Notes: generated by a model not told the origin, from the letters alone. DNA of 32,000 nucleotides from Candidatus Saccharimonadota bacterium (GCA_963706795.1 OY970170.1:1110001-1142000), one strand, 5' to 3'; shown: positions 9,693 through 20,543, counted from the stretch's first letter. Translations and numbers: made by a program.

Positions 9693-12600
9693 ATGCATAT
9701 CCTTCTCAAAAAAGTAGTCGCTCTCACTTCTGTAACTACGATTTTGTTTGCCTCTGTAGTGCCTACTACACTGGCGGTATCGACTAACAATCTAGGTACG
9801 CCTTGGACTCGCGAGAAGGCTGAGCATCTCGCTCGAAAAGTGCTCTTCGCACCTATCAGCTCCAAGATCGATCAACTCTATATGGCAGGATCAGCAGATG
9901 CGGCAGTTGCCCTGCTTTTCCCTGATGCCAATGGCCCTGATCGAACTGGCTATAATGCTGAGGTGACAGCTCTCACAGGAGGTGCATTTAATTGGTGAGA
10001 TGGAAGCGATATGAATCGTCTCTATCAAATGAGATATGCCCGTGATCCATACGAAGCAAAAGTTAAGCTCTTCTCCCTTTTTGAGGATATTTTTTCGGTA
10101 AATCAGTCTGATAAAATCAGCTATAAAGATATCAAGGACCAACAGGATTTGCTCTATGCAAACACGCTTGGCAACTACAAGAGCATGATTAAGCATGTGC
10201 TCTACAATAATGGATCAGTAGGGGATTATGCCGAATGAAAATTCCTCGATCTCCTTGATCAAACAGACAAAAAAAATCCAAATGAAAACTACGGTCGCGA
10301 GCTCCTCCAGCTCTTTATGATGGGTGAATACAAGATGGGCGACTCCAAGGACAATGGAGATCCACGTAACTACGAAGAATCCGACGTCGCCTCAATCGCA
10401 AGAATCCTCACGGGTTTTAAGTCCGATGCCATGACGCACGTTGTAAGTTATGATTCAAATAATCACAATACTTCTACGGGGATCGTATTCCTCTCGGGTT
10501 CATTTTTAGCAAATGAGACATTCCCATTTGTTTCGGCATCAGGTACGCTCGATCTTGGTGCAATGCAGACTCCGATTAGTGGGAATAATGGTCTCGCTGA
10601 CAACACAATCGACTATATTTTTGCGAAGCGAGCAGATGCGATTGCACTCTTTTTAGCTGATCGAATCTACCGTTTTTATGCCTATGACAAGCCAACGCGC
10701 CCTGAGCTCGATGCGCTTGCGAATACCATCCGCACAAACAACTTTGATATTCTTCCTTCTGTTAAGACATTCCTGGCATCGGACATGATGTATTCGGATG
10801 CGAGTATGAATAGTATCACCTACAAAAACCCGCTCGAACTCATGATCGGGACTATCAAGCTCATCCATACCAATTCTCCAAATGCGATTGATCCCATGAT
10901 CCTCGATCAGGATCTGCTTCGTCGTATGAACTGGACTCCATATTTTGCCTGAAGTGTATTCGGACGTGAAGGATTTGATGAGAATGCGAAGTGGTTCTCA
11001 ACCTATACACAAAATCAGTGGATCAGCTATACGAGTCGTATTGCCTACGGTACGCAGACTGGCTCATATTTACTCTCTGATCTGCTTCCATATACCAATA
11101 CAGGAGTCACAAGTCTCTTGGATATCGCCTCAGGAACTGGTAACACGTTTACAGGAAGTATTGCGGTATCGAGTGGATCGCTCACAGTTCCAGCAACGGG
11201 AAGTGGTGCATCAGGATCAGTAAATATGTCGGTGAGTGCTACTAATTTCTCAGTTCCTAATCTCAACCTCGCAACTTCATCGGGTACACTCAATATCTTT
11301 GTTGGGCAATACGATCCAATTGGGATGCAGGTGCTCATTTCTTCGGGATCACTTGGAACAGGAACGGGCGCAATTCCAGTGCTCTCAGGTGCACTGACAC
11401 TCTCGGCTGCGAACCTCTCTCGTGAGATCACTCCAAATGAGATGTATGGCTTTCTTGAAACAAAACTCCTCTCTGGTCGACCACTTCCGAGTGATGTAAA
11501 GACTGGGATGACGGATTTTCTTCTTAAAGATGGAGACAACAAACCTATCCTTTTTAAACCGTCGACTACTGCGTATCAAACCACCAAGATCCGTTCGATC
11601 GTTGCCATGTTTTTGTCGCAGCCAGAATATGTACTGAACATGGGCTATGACCAGACCACAACCGCCGAAAACCTTGCACAGTCCGTACTGACGAATGCGA
11701 CTGGTAAGATTCTCTTCGTAGAGCTTGGTGGAGGATATGACTGGCTCCATGGTGTAATCCCAAAGGCTGAATATCAGGACTATATTGCGAAGCGAACAAC
11801 TGCCTCAGGAAGTAGCATCGTAATTGATAATTCTCACGTTGCTGATCTCTGAGATTTTTATCTCAATAATGCTCTGGCATATGGAAGTGGAGGAATAGTT
11901 CCTTCCTTTAAATCGCTCTTTGATTCGGGGAATCTCAGGATTTTTAATCGAGTAGGAACACCAAATCACTCGCGTGACCACGATCAGGCTCAAAAGCAGA
12001 TTGCTTCGTATGGCAGTACGACTCTCGATGATGCGGATGGAGTATTTGGACAGCTTGTCCGATATGAGCCAACATCGGAGTCAACCATCTCACTCTCAGG
12101 GCGTCGTCCAAATGTCTTCCGTGGTGGTCGATATATCAATATTGGACCGAGTGGAGCGATCTTTTCAAATAGCTATCTCAGTCAAAAAGATAGAGATGCG
12201 ACATTTGTGGCACTGCGAACTATTATGCAGGCACGTACCTATCCTGAACGCACTGGCGATCTCTTTAAGGCAGCAATCCGTGTTGACGAAATCGCGCGAC
12301 TCTCCAAAAATGGCGGAGGTCCTGATGGTGCGGGATATGGGAATATCAATAATCTCAAATTCCTCAGAACACTTCTCACAAATAATGTCGGGAAGGCGTT
12401 CTACATGCAAGCAGATGGAGGATATGATACGCACTCGAATCAGCTCGCACCGCAATCCAATTTTGATCCGATGAATATTCCAAAGGATCTCAATTACAAT
12501 GTCTGAAAAGTAGCCGAAAACCTCACGACATTCTTTAATGATGTAAAAGCCACTCAGAATATTACCATCATCATGTTCTCTGAGTTTGGTCGTACCATTA

Positions 12601-15041
12601 AGGTAAATGGCGACCTCGGAACTGACCATGGTGAAGGAGGTGGTATGTTTGTGCTCTCCAATAATACATCGCTTCTCTCGTCACTTTCGAGTAAAGTCTA
12701 TGGAAATATCTCCCTCCGAAATGCAAAAGATGACTGGCTCGGAGTCGGTATCGATTACCGATCTGTTTACGGAAAAATCTATAAGGCACTCTACGGAGTG
12801 AGTGATACAGCGCATTTTGGCTCGATCAGTGATCTCTCTAAGGATGTGAGTACAACGCCCGCAAAGGTTGCATTCTATCGACCAGAATACCGCTCACTCA
12901 ATGACAATAATGTCCGCCTCAATATTAAATTTAAGGTAGAATCCAATAATTTCGACTCTGACAAGGCGGGTTATGTCCTCGCAAGCAGATCCAAAAATCC
13001 AAGTGACCCAAATAGTGTGCTTGAAAATATTAGTACTTGGGAACTCAATAATTACGCAACAAAACCAGATAGTCAGTATGACTTTTCTCGTGATTGGATA
13101 GGGGAGAAGACGACCTATAAATTTAATTATGACGTCTTTACCAACCAATATGCTGAGACGGCATATTCTGGTGCATTCCTCCTCCCAGATGTCTTGCCAG
13201 CAAACCAAAATGCTGTGAGCGGATCATGAAATGTTGTATTACGTAAATATGACAATCTCACGGTAAGTGGTACTGGTACTAACCTTGTTAACGGATCAAA
13301 TTCTGGTATCACTCTCACGAGTGCTACGGGTACAGGTATTCAGACAGTCACACTTCGCTCGACAGATGGCATCGAGATACAATCTACGGGTACTGGAAAA
13401 ACGCTCATTACGAGTCTCTCGAGTTCTTCGGGTGCGCTTAAATGGAATGGAGGATTTATCCTTGGTGAGTTCGTAGATCCTGTGCGATTTATCTCTCAAG
13501 ATGCAAAGACTCTTACTGGCAGTGTACCACTCTCTACCCTCACGATTGCAAAAATCGCTAAGGTTGGAGCAGATACTCTCGGTGTTGGAATGAATCTCTC
13601 ACGTCCTGTAAATCTTGCTATCCCAGGTCTTCAGGCAAACTCTGAGTATCGCGTGTATCGTAGCGAAGACGGGCTTACATGGACAGAAGTGGGGACCGGT
13701 TCAACAATGAAGGCGGATACAAATGGGAAGCTCCTCTTTCCAACAACATCGTTCTCATATTTTGCGGTTGTCTCGTCTACACCAGTAGTACCACCAACAT
13801 GTTCGATTACACCATCATCAACAAGTGTACCAAACGGTACGCAGATTGCACTTAATTGGTCGAGCTCAAATGCGGTCTCAGCAACACTCGCTCCAAATCT
13901 CGGAGCACAACAAGTAACTGGAACTCTCCAGGTAACTCCACCAAGCGACACTGGAACACTCTATGTCCTTTCGCTTGTCGGAAATGGAAGTAGTACTGGC
14001 TCCTGTCAGGCACTCGTTACTACCACTGGATCATCTGGCGGTGGCGGTGGTGGTGGAGGCGGCGGAGGTGGCGGTGGTGGAGGCGGAGGAGGAGGAGGAG
14101 GTTCCTCAGTCGTCATTGGCCCATTCACCAAGGACAATTGTCCACTCGGAGATACTTCGCCAAGCAACTATGATGGGAAGTGTGATGCGAAATGAACCCT
14201 GAGCTCTACTGGGGCGGTTACTACCACTCCGACTTCTCCCGTAACTACCAGCACAGGAATCACGAGTAATGATGTACTCTCTGGTAAAAAATGATTTATC
14301 CTGAATGGACAGCTCACAAGCGAGGGGAAGACAGCGCTTGAACCTGTCGTAAAGGCATATATCGATGCCGCGCTTCTCAAGTCGCAGACGAGCTCAATAA
14401 CACTTGATCGATCGCTTGCTCAGTCAATCCTCCAGATTAATAAACTCATTCGCAAAGCAAAAACGAAGAGTGAGAAAAATGCTCTCCTCTATATTCGTGG
14501 TAAGCTCTCTCTCGCACAAGCTCAAAACAAAGCGCCAAAGACTGAGACAAAACCACCTGCTGATATCCCAAATCGTACAGATCCGGTAGTGGTTAAAAAG
14601 CCAGAAAAGAAACCAGATCCAACTCCTGAGCCACCAAAGGTAGCGGTTACTCCGGTTACTACGCCGAAGCCAGTAGTAAAGCCGCCAGTCACACCAAAAC
14701 CTGATCCAGTTGTGGTAGTGCAGCCAAATCCAAATACTTCTGTGAGTTACGGACTACCGACTTATGCACTCAATTACACAAGTCAAGACTTTGCGAGTTA
14801 TGACTGGTCGAGCGATCGTAGATTTACGGCAAATATATTTGGACCGATCGATGCCAATATTGCCAAAATCCGCTCCGAAATTACTGCAAAATGAGGTCGC
14901 ACCACTCCGTATTACGAGTCGCTTCTTGCAGATATAAATGCTCGACTGAAAACAACGGATTCACAACGAGATAAAAAAATTCTCCTCTACATAAAGAGTG
15001 AAATCACTATACTCTACGAGCTTTCAAAAAGACCAAGGTAA
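9693..15041 (+). CDS. giant secreted protein, DUF1800 + DUF1501 (sulfatase-like) fusion with Ig-like/poly-Gly/Pro-rich C-terminal extension, 1782 aa
   Basis: Single frame with no TAA/TAG from 9693 to TAA 15039-15041. 9 in-frame TGAs (9996, 10236, 10950, 11850, 12504, 13227, 14193, 14292, 14892) unite 8 track ORFs. Signal peptide MHILLKKVVALTSVTTILFASVVPTTLAVS. DUF1800 motif NENYGRELLQLFMMG...EESDVASIARILTGF. DUF1501 motifs FVELGGGYDWLHG, ADGGYDTHSNQ and FSEFGRTIKVNGDLGTDHGEGGGMF. Confidence 0.8.
14037..14102 (+). repeat. in-frame run of 22 consecutive Gly codons (mixed GGC/GGT/GGA) inside the giant ORF
   Basis: Counted codon by codon in frame. It uses only GGN codons, never TGA. Confidence 0.9.
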
Positions 15042-15709
15042 TGCATATTGTATATTTGATTCCTCCTTCAGAATGAAAGCGCGACGGTTGAGCAATTGCT
15101 TGATCGTCGCGCTCTTTTGATCTGCCTCTCGCGCTCAAGATAGCGAAGCAAGCAACCGAAAAGGATCTCAAGTGTACTGGTCGTCGTTTTGCGGAAGCAA
15201 AAAATCTCAATCACAATATTGCTAAAAATCCTGTTTTGCCGGCGATAGAGCGATATGACGGAGTGATGTATGCTGGGATAGCATATGAGCTTTTTTCCTC
15301 TGAGAGCAGACAATATTTCCATGATTCTGTTTTTATTTTGTCGGGACTTTTTGGATTGCTTAAACCAATGGATTTGATTCCAAATTATAAGCTGCCGATC
15401 GAGGCGAGTGGCCTTGTGTCTTTTTGGAAGAACAAGATGACAAAGGCACTCAAAAACATGGAAGATGTGATCTTTGTAGATGTGCTTCCTCAGTCCTACC
15501 GCAAGATGATTGATTGGAAGAAAATCCCCAACTATGTCACTGTCGAATTTGTGGATGATAATGGCACAAAACTCGGTCATACTGTCAAAGCTACCAAGGG
15601 TAAGTGGCTGCACGAAATGATCCAAACATGAGCGAAAAATATCCAAGAACTTGATGGGATTTTTGATGCCGAACTCAATACACTTACCGTTCGACCATGA
15701 CAAAACTAA
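15041..15709 (+). CDS. yaaA: YaaA/DUF328 (UPF0246) peroxide-stress family protein, 222 aa
   Basis: ATG overlaps the giant ORF stop as TAATG. MHIVYLIPPSE-G-K (TGA 15074) matches my recollection of an 'LPPSEGK' N-terminal variant of the family. Also AIERYDGVMY, ILSGLFGLLKPMDLIPNYKL and KATKGKWLHEMI. 5 in-frame TGAs. The 232-aa track ORF 15068-15766(-) is antisense to it. Confidence 0.75.
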
Positions 15710-16329
15710 ATCGCAAAATCGAGACATTCGAGCGTCTATTTGAATATGGTGCGTGGTATATTTCACGATATAGCATCTCGCTCAAAAAACTCACCTTTCA
15801 ACTCACTAGAAAGGCCGAAGATGAAACTATGGTTGAACAGGTTTTGCAAAAACTTCAGCCATTTATGGATGACAGACGTGAGATCGAGTCTTGAGTTCTT
15901 GGTGCGATTTCGCTCGGTCTTCCGCTCAGGGATTTGAGATCAAAACTCCTCACCAAGTCCTTCCAAAAAGCTGATATTGATGCGGTCTTTGCAAATTATG
16001 AAACCGAATTTGCTGATTATGCAGTCTATGAGCGAGCAATCATGAGCCGTATAAAAACACTCCAGTCGCGCAGATATGGACGAACTCGTATTGAGTCAGA
16101 GCTCACACAAAGCTATCCAAAATTTCGCACAGAAATCCGTGGACTCCTCGACCTCGCTGATCAAAAATCTGTAGACGAAAATCCACTCGAAGCATTTCAA
16201 AGCGAACGGGATCATCTCGCAGGAGACGATCACAAAGGCAGAAAAAAACTCTTCGAGAAACTCATTCGAAGAGGTTTTAGAGTCCAAGATGTCCGTCAAT
16301 TTCTTGCTATTTCGGAGGAAGAATCGTAA
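15697..16329 (+). CDS. recX: RecX-family regulatory protein, 210 aa
   Basis: ATG 15697 overlaps the yaaA end by 13 nt. Track ORFs 15697-15894 and 15934-16329 joined via TGA 15892. Repeated three-helix pattern (YISRYSISLKKLTFQLTRK..., LFEKLIRRGFRVQDVRQFL) typical of RecX. Confidence 0.6.
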
Positions 16330-16528
16330 TCACATTGTCCTGTACCTGGATCACATCGCCTGCTTTAATCTGCTTGCGAAGCTGGTATTCTGGTGCTCCA
16401 TTGAGACCGACGAGTTCGAGTCGGATGAGTTCTTTCGCCTGTCCGCCAGTCTGTGCTATACGGAGGACTTTGAGAAGTTTATAGAGCTCTATAGTGTCTT
16501 CTCGGAGGATGAATTCGTGCTGATGCAT
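16307..16528 (-). CDS. S4-domain RNA-binding protein, YbcJ-like, 73 aa
   Basis: ELYKLLKVLRIAQTGGQAKELIRLELVGLNGAPEYQLRKQIKAGDVI resembles E. coli YbcJ. No TGA. Its 3' end overlaps the recX 3' end by 23 nt (convergent). Confidence 0.7.
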   Translation of the reverse strand: MHQHEFILREDTIELYKLLKVLRIAQTGGQAKELIRLELVGLNGAPEYQLRKQIKAGDVIQVQDNVITILPPK

Positions 16529-16538
16529 GGGATGGATA

Positions 16539-17402
16539 TTAATGAATGTGTGGATAATTCGTTCGGAGATAGGACTGAACTTTTGGAATATCGGCTTTGG
16601 ATGTGAGATCAGGAATAGATTCTGTGATCACAATACAATTCAGTCGGTCTTGCGCGAGTAGAGTTGTATATACATCGGTTACTTCCTTTTCGTCGCGTAC
16701 GGGATGAGGCACGAGTGCTGCGAGGAGGGGGAGAGTTTCTGAAACGCTGAGCGTTACGAGATTCATATTAATGGAGAGTCTGAGTCAAAGAGTCTCCATA
16801 TTTGCAATCTCTATAGCATCGGGTTTTTCGACAAGCTTTGTAACTTTACCAGCAGGGCTGCTCGCAATGAGGCCGTATCGACTGCGATCTTCACTCGAAA
16901 TGCCGAGCGAGATTGGATCGTAGGGGAGGATTGTGTTCTCTGTGGCTTCAAATGCTTTTTTGAATGCTTCAGTACTGCAGAGATTATCCGAATTTGTAAG
17001 TGTATAAAATCCATCCGCTGGGAGAGGACACTGTGTTAATGCCTGATATACTGCATCACCAGTTCCGTAGGGTTTTTCTCGTCCTTCGACTATATATTGT
17101 CGAGCAATTCGCAGAATTAATCACACATAGTCAGCTCGTGCAATCTCGGCTCGTACGTGAGGCTCTGTGATTACATCATTTGGATGCAGGATCATGATCA
17201 TATCTCGAAAACCAGCTTCGTAAGCATTGGCGATGAGATAGTCAATAAATCTATGTCCGTTCACACCCACTGAGAGCATGCACTTTGGAAGCGTATTTGC
17301 TTCCTCAAGAAGCTTTGGATCGATGTCGGTGTCGCCAGTTGCGAGCGCTTTCTTCATACGAGAAGAAACTCCTGCGGCGAGGAGGATGAGAGTATTTTGC
17401 AT
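16539..17402 (-). CDS. sugar-phosphate nucleotidyltransferase (NTP_transferase family), 287 aa
   Basis: MQNTLILLAAGVSSRM...LPKCML (G-x-G-x-R and PK motifs), GTGDAVYQA, KLVEKPD. Joins track ORFs 17121-17468 (start trimmed to ATG 17402) and 16539-16766 through TGAs at 17121 and about 16781. TAA 16539-16541. Confidence 0.75.
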
Positions 17403-17409
17403 GCCGAGA

Positions 17410-18714
17410 TTATAGAGATTGTTCGTCAGTCGGCAACTCAATGAATGCACTGATAGACTTGCCAGCATTCCAGCCAGTAGCCCAGGCGACCTGGAGATTA
17501 AATCCTCCAGTCACACCATCAATATCGAGCACCTCTCCTGCCATGTAGAGTCCAGGAGAGATTTTTGAAGCAAGTGTCTCGTCATCGATTTCATCCGTAT
17601 TTACGCCTCATGCAGTAACAAATTCGTCACCGGCTCTACGTTGGATAACCGTGAGTGGAATGCCTTCTCCAAGAAGTCTTGCAATGCTCTTACGCTCTTC
17701 ACGGGAGAGATTTGCTCCGTTTTTATCGAGGACTTGGTGGATGTTCGGTATAAAATTACAGTGTTTTAATTCTTCGACAAATCTCTTGGGTAAGAGTTGT
17801 ATGAGGATATTTGTCACGAGTTTCGCTGAATGCTCTCGACATTCTCGCTCGAGATAAGTATCCCAGTCTTGCATGCTCCAGCCAGCAAGTGGAGCAAATT
17901 TGAGTGAATAGTGGATTCATTTGCCGATTTCTTCAAAGGCAATCTGCGACGAAAACGTAAAAGTCACCGGTCCTGAAATCCCAAAATGTGTGAGCAAAAT
18001 TGGACCGTCCGAACGAATCTTCCCATCTGATGAAAACAGCGTCGCACGCTCAAATGCGATTCCTGAGAGATTTTTTGGAAAAATCTCGGCTATCTCAAAA
18101 CTTGAGAGCGAAGGTCCGAGCTTAGTAATCGAATGTCCAAGAGACGAAGCAAGCGTATATCCGTCACCTGATGAGCCAGTGTGTGCATACGCATTTCAGC
18201 CGGTTGTCAAAACAAGTATATCAGTGCTATAACTTCCATGCTCAGTATTCACTGTATAGACACGGTCAGCCCATGAAACACTCGTCACCGAAGTGCTAAA
18301 ATGGATCGTAATTGCGGGAGTATGTTTCCGAAAAAGGCTCTCAAACGCCCAGATAACTTCAGCACCACTATCAGATACAGGGAAAATTCGCAGATCATCC
18401 TCACATTTAAGTCGCACAGCGTGGGATTCGAACCATTCCATGACTTTTTTAGGACCAAACTTACCGAGTGAACGCTTAAAAAACTCCGAGCCTCGCGTAT
18501 ATTTTGAGAGCAGAGTTTTGCGGTCAGTAATCCCCGTTGTGACATTGCAGCGTCCACCACCCGAGATCGAAACCTTGCGCCCGAGAACACTATTTTTCTC
18601 GAAGAGATGAATATGAATATTCGAGAGAGTGTTTTTCTCGAGAGCATCTTCTATAATTTTTGCAGCACACATCATTCCTGCGGCTCAGCCTCAGATAATC
18701 GCGATATTTTTCAT
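17410..18714 (-). CDS. HI0933/BaiN-family NAD(P)/FAD-dependent oxidoreductase, 434 aa
   Basis: MKNIAII-G-G-G-AAGMMCA, where two of the Rossmann glycines are TGA (18691, 18685). SISGGGRCNVT, TTGGNAYAHTGSSGDGY, YMAGEVLDIDGVTGGFNLQVAWATG. Unites track ORFs 18196-18675 and 17608-17874. TAA 17410-17412. Confidence 0.88.
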
Positions 18715-18740
18715 GTGCCTGATTTTGCTCGCTTCTGATA

Positions 18741-18776
18741 AAAATACAACAAAAACCGCAACCTAAGAGTTGCGGT
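18741..18776 (-). terminator. rho-independent terminator on the minus strand
   Basis: ACCGCAAC-6 nt-GTTGCGGT (18755-18776), followed on the minus strand by TTTTTGTTGTATTTTT. Confidence 0.75.
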
Positions 18777-19098
18777 AGATAAACCGTTTAGACATAAAAT
18801 TTTCGGAGGGAGGTACTTCTTGTTGTAGAGTTTTTATGGTTCTAACAATCGTTTGTTCCACTACAGTCACTGCTGTAATTCTCTGACCAGATATTTTCCT
18901 CTCCTGACGTAAATATTTTTCATCAATACACTTCTGACGATCGGACCACGCCATCCAGATGACTCATATAAGTGATTGGCTATGTAGAAAATCTAATTCC
19001 TGATCACTTAGAATACCAAGATCGACTCAATCGAGTGTTATCTTGGTAAGGCCCACTTCACGGGGCTTATGCGAAAAAGAATTTGGAAGTGTTTCCAT
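18763..19098 (-). CDS. hypothetical protein, 111 aa (code-25 extension of track ORF 18763-18954)
   Basis: ATG at complement 19096-19098, two in-frame TGAs, and a TAG inside the terminator stem. No recognisable motif. Coding status is uncertain. Confidence 0.3.
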
Positions 19099-19131
19099 GT
19101 GAGCAAGCTGAACAGAGTTGATCTTCTTTGC

Positions 19132-19497
19132 TTACTTTTGTGGCGAGAAAGGTGTGGTTGTACCAAAGACTGCTTGAGAGATACGTGCCATGAGAGTCTC
19201 CGTGGTTGAATCTTTCGCATATATGATGGCAACTCGAGATTTTGAATCTCTGCGGTCGATTATCTCCGTTACTCGCTGAACGTGGTGAGCTTGTATATTC
19301 TGTGATTGATATGGGGCAGTGGTTTGGCGGTCTTTTAATCTCTGTATAGCATGGAGGTATGCCATTCCATCTTTTCTGCTTAAAAAAGGGCTTTCAAGGG
19401 CAGCAATGTAAGCGGCTTCTAACTGTTCGAGTGAAGCATGTCGTATAAAGGGTGTTTCAGCTGAGAGGTCAGCTTGATTGTATTTTTGTGTGTCCAT
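19132..19497 (-). CDS. hypothetical protein, 121 aa (MDTQKYNQADLSAETPFIRHASLEQLEAAYIAALESPF...)
   Basis: Track ORF 19132-19560 trimmed to the internal ATG at 19497. Ends with TAA. No TGA. No family recognised. Confidence 0.45.
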   Translation of the reverse strand: MDTQKYNQADLSAETPFIRHASLEQLEAAYIAALESPFLSRKDGMAYLHAIQRLKDRQTTAPYQSQNIQAHHVQRVTEIIDRRDSKSRVAIIYAKDSTTETLMARISQAVFGTTTPFSPQK

Positions 19498-19583
19498 TTT
19501 TTGATATGTAAAAAAGACAAGGAGGAATGGCAGGGGCGTCTGATTTATATGTAACACCATATTTTTTTGTTTGCAATATCAAT

Positions 19584-19612
19584 TTAAGAAAAATGAAAAA
19601 GTTATCTATAAT
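19584..19612 (+). promoter_or_regulatory. candidate promoter (TTAAGA-17 nt-TATAAT) for the VOC-family gene
   Basis: Hexamers at 19584-19589 and 19607-19612 in an AT-rich divergent intergenic region. Confidence 0.3.
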
Positions 19613-19647
19613 TGCTCAGACGAAATTATTTCTTCATCTTTCTTTTT

Positions 19648-20082
19648 ATGGCTTCCACTGCTACATATTTGAATTTTGCGAATAATACAGAACAGGTTTT
19701 TGAGTTCTACAGATCAGTCTTTGGTGGCGAATTTGAAGGAGGAATCCACCGCTTTGGAGACATGCCCGAGATGCCATGAACTCCGCCGCTTAGCGAAGAA
19801 GACAAGAATGGCATTATGCATATTGCACTCCCCATTCTCGGCGGACATATACTCATGGGAACTGATGCTCCAGAATCCATGGGTTTCCATGTGAACAAAG
19901 GGAATAATGTCTACATTTCACTCCATCCGGACTCACGCGAAGAAACTGATCGACTCTTCAACGCTCTTGTAGTTGGTGGGACCGTTCAAATGCCACTTGG
20001 CGATATGTTTTGGTGAGCATATTACGGCTCACTCGTTGATCAGTTTGGGGTTCAGTGGATGATTAATTTTACGACGAAATAG
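19648..20082 (+). CDS. VOC (glyoxalase/PhnB-like) family protein, 144 aa
   Basis: MASTATYLNFANNTEQVFEFY...IMHIALPILGGHILMGTDAP...MFW-G-AYYGSLVDQFGVQWMINF. TGAs at about 19783 and at 20014. Ends with TAG 20080-20082. Only its middle part appears in the track (19816-20016). Confidence 0.75.
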
Positions 20083-20105
20083 AGAGAATCATACGGCCAG
20101 AAACT

Positions 20106-20138
20106 AAAAAAATCGCACTGATAAGTGCGATTTTTTTA
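20106..20138. terminator. rho-independent terminator after the VOC gene
   Basis: ATCGCACT-gata-AGTGCGAT flanked by AAAAAAA and TTTTTTT. Confidence 0.8.
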
Positions 20139-20170
20139 GTTGATATTTCTTTACTAGATGGTGTATATCT

Positions 20171-20422
20171 TTATTGATTTTCGTTGAGGAACTTCAAACT
20201 AGAAATAAAATTATCAATTTGTTTCAACTCACTTGCCTCATTTTCCAAATATTTCCCATCATTTAGTCTTTTTATAGCGGTGTCTCCTTGTTTTGAATAG
20301 TCGTCAGAAAGGGTGTAAACGATAGCAATATAGTGTTCGGAAAAAGGGAAAACAACAATCTTTTGGATTTTCGAGAGAGTATTATAAGAAACTTCGAATT
20401 TATACGTAACGATTCACTTCAT
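20171..20422 (-). CDS. hypothetical small protein, 83 aa (MKGIVTYKFEVSYNTLSKIQKIVVFPFSEHYIAIVYTLSDDYSKQGD...)
   Basis: ATG at complement 20420-20422. The third codon is TGA, so it is absent from the track. TAA 20171-20173. The amino-acid composition looks protein-like. No family recognised. Confidence 0.35.
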
Positions 20423-20501
20423 CCCATCAACGGTAATACTCTTTGTATTTTTACCTCTTTTAAAGACTTTTCAGAATTTTTGCTAACTTCAGAGATAGTA
20501 T

Positions 20502-20525
20502 AAAGGAGTCATTTCTGACTCCTTT
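20502..20525. terminator. 10-bp perfect hairpin downstream of tRNA-Trp
   Basis: AAAGGAGTCA-tttc-TGACTCCTTT. T-rich on the plus side, and it lies 3' of the minus-strand rpsB-tsf-tRNA unit. Confidence 0.5.
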
Positions 20526-20543
20526 TGTGTTGTTTATATCATA

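Noticed and set aside
14037-14102. GGN-rich tract as a non-coding simple repeat or assembly artefact
   Set aside because: It is exactly in frame (66 nt), uses mixed GGC/GGT/GGA codons rather than a pure tandem unit, and is flanked by continuous coding sequence. Its length should still be confirmed in raw reads.
16767-16810. Imperfect hairpin GGAGAGTCT...AGAGTCTCC taken as a terminator separating two genes (track ORFs 16539-16766 and 17121-17468)
   Set aside because: In code 25 the reading frame runs straight through this region as one 287-aa nucleotidyltransferase. The stem has a mismatch and no T-run.
17409-17436. Near-consensus TTGCCG-16 nt-TATAAT promoter on the minus strand, just upstream of the nucleotidyltransferase ATG
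   Set aside because: The TATAAT contains the TAA stop of the upstream flavoprotein gene, and the -35 element is inside its coding sequence. With only 7 nt between the genes, co-transcription is the simpler reading. An internal promoter cannot be excluded.
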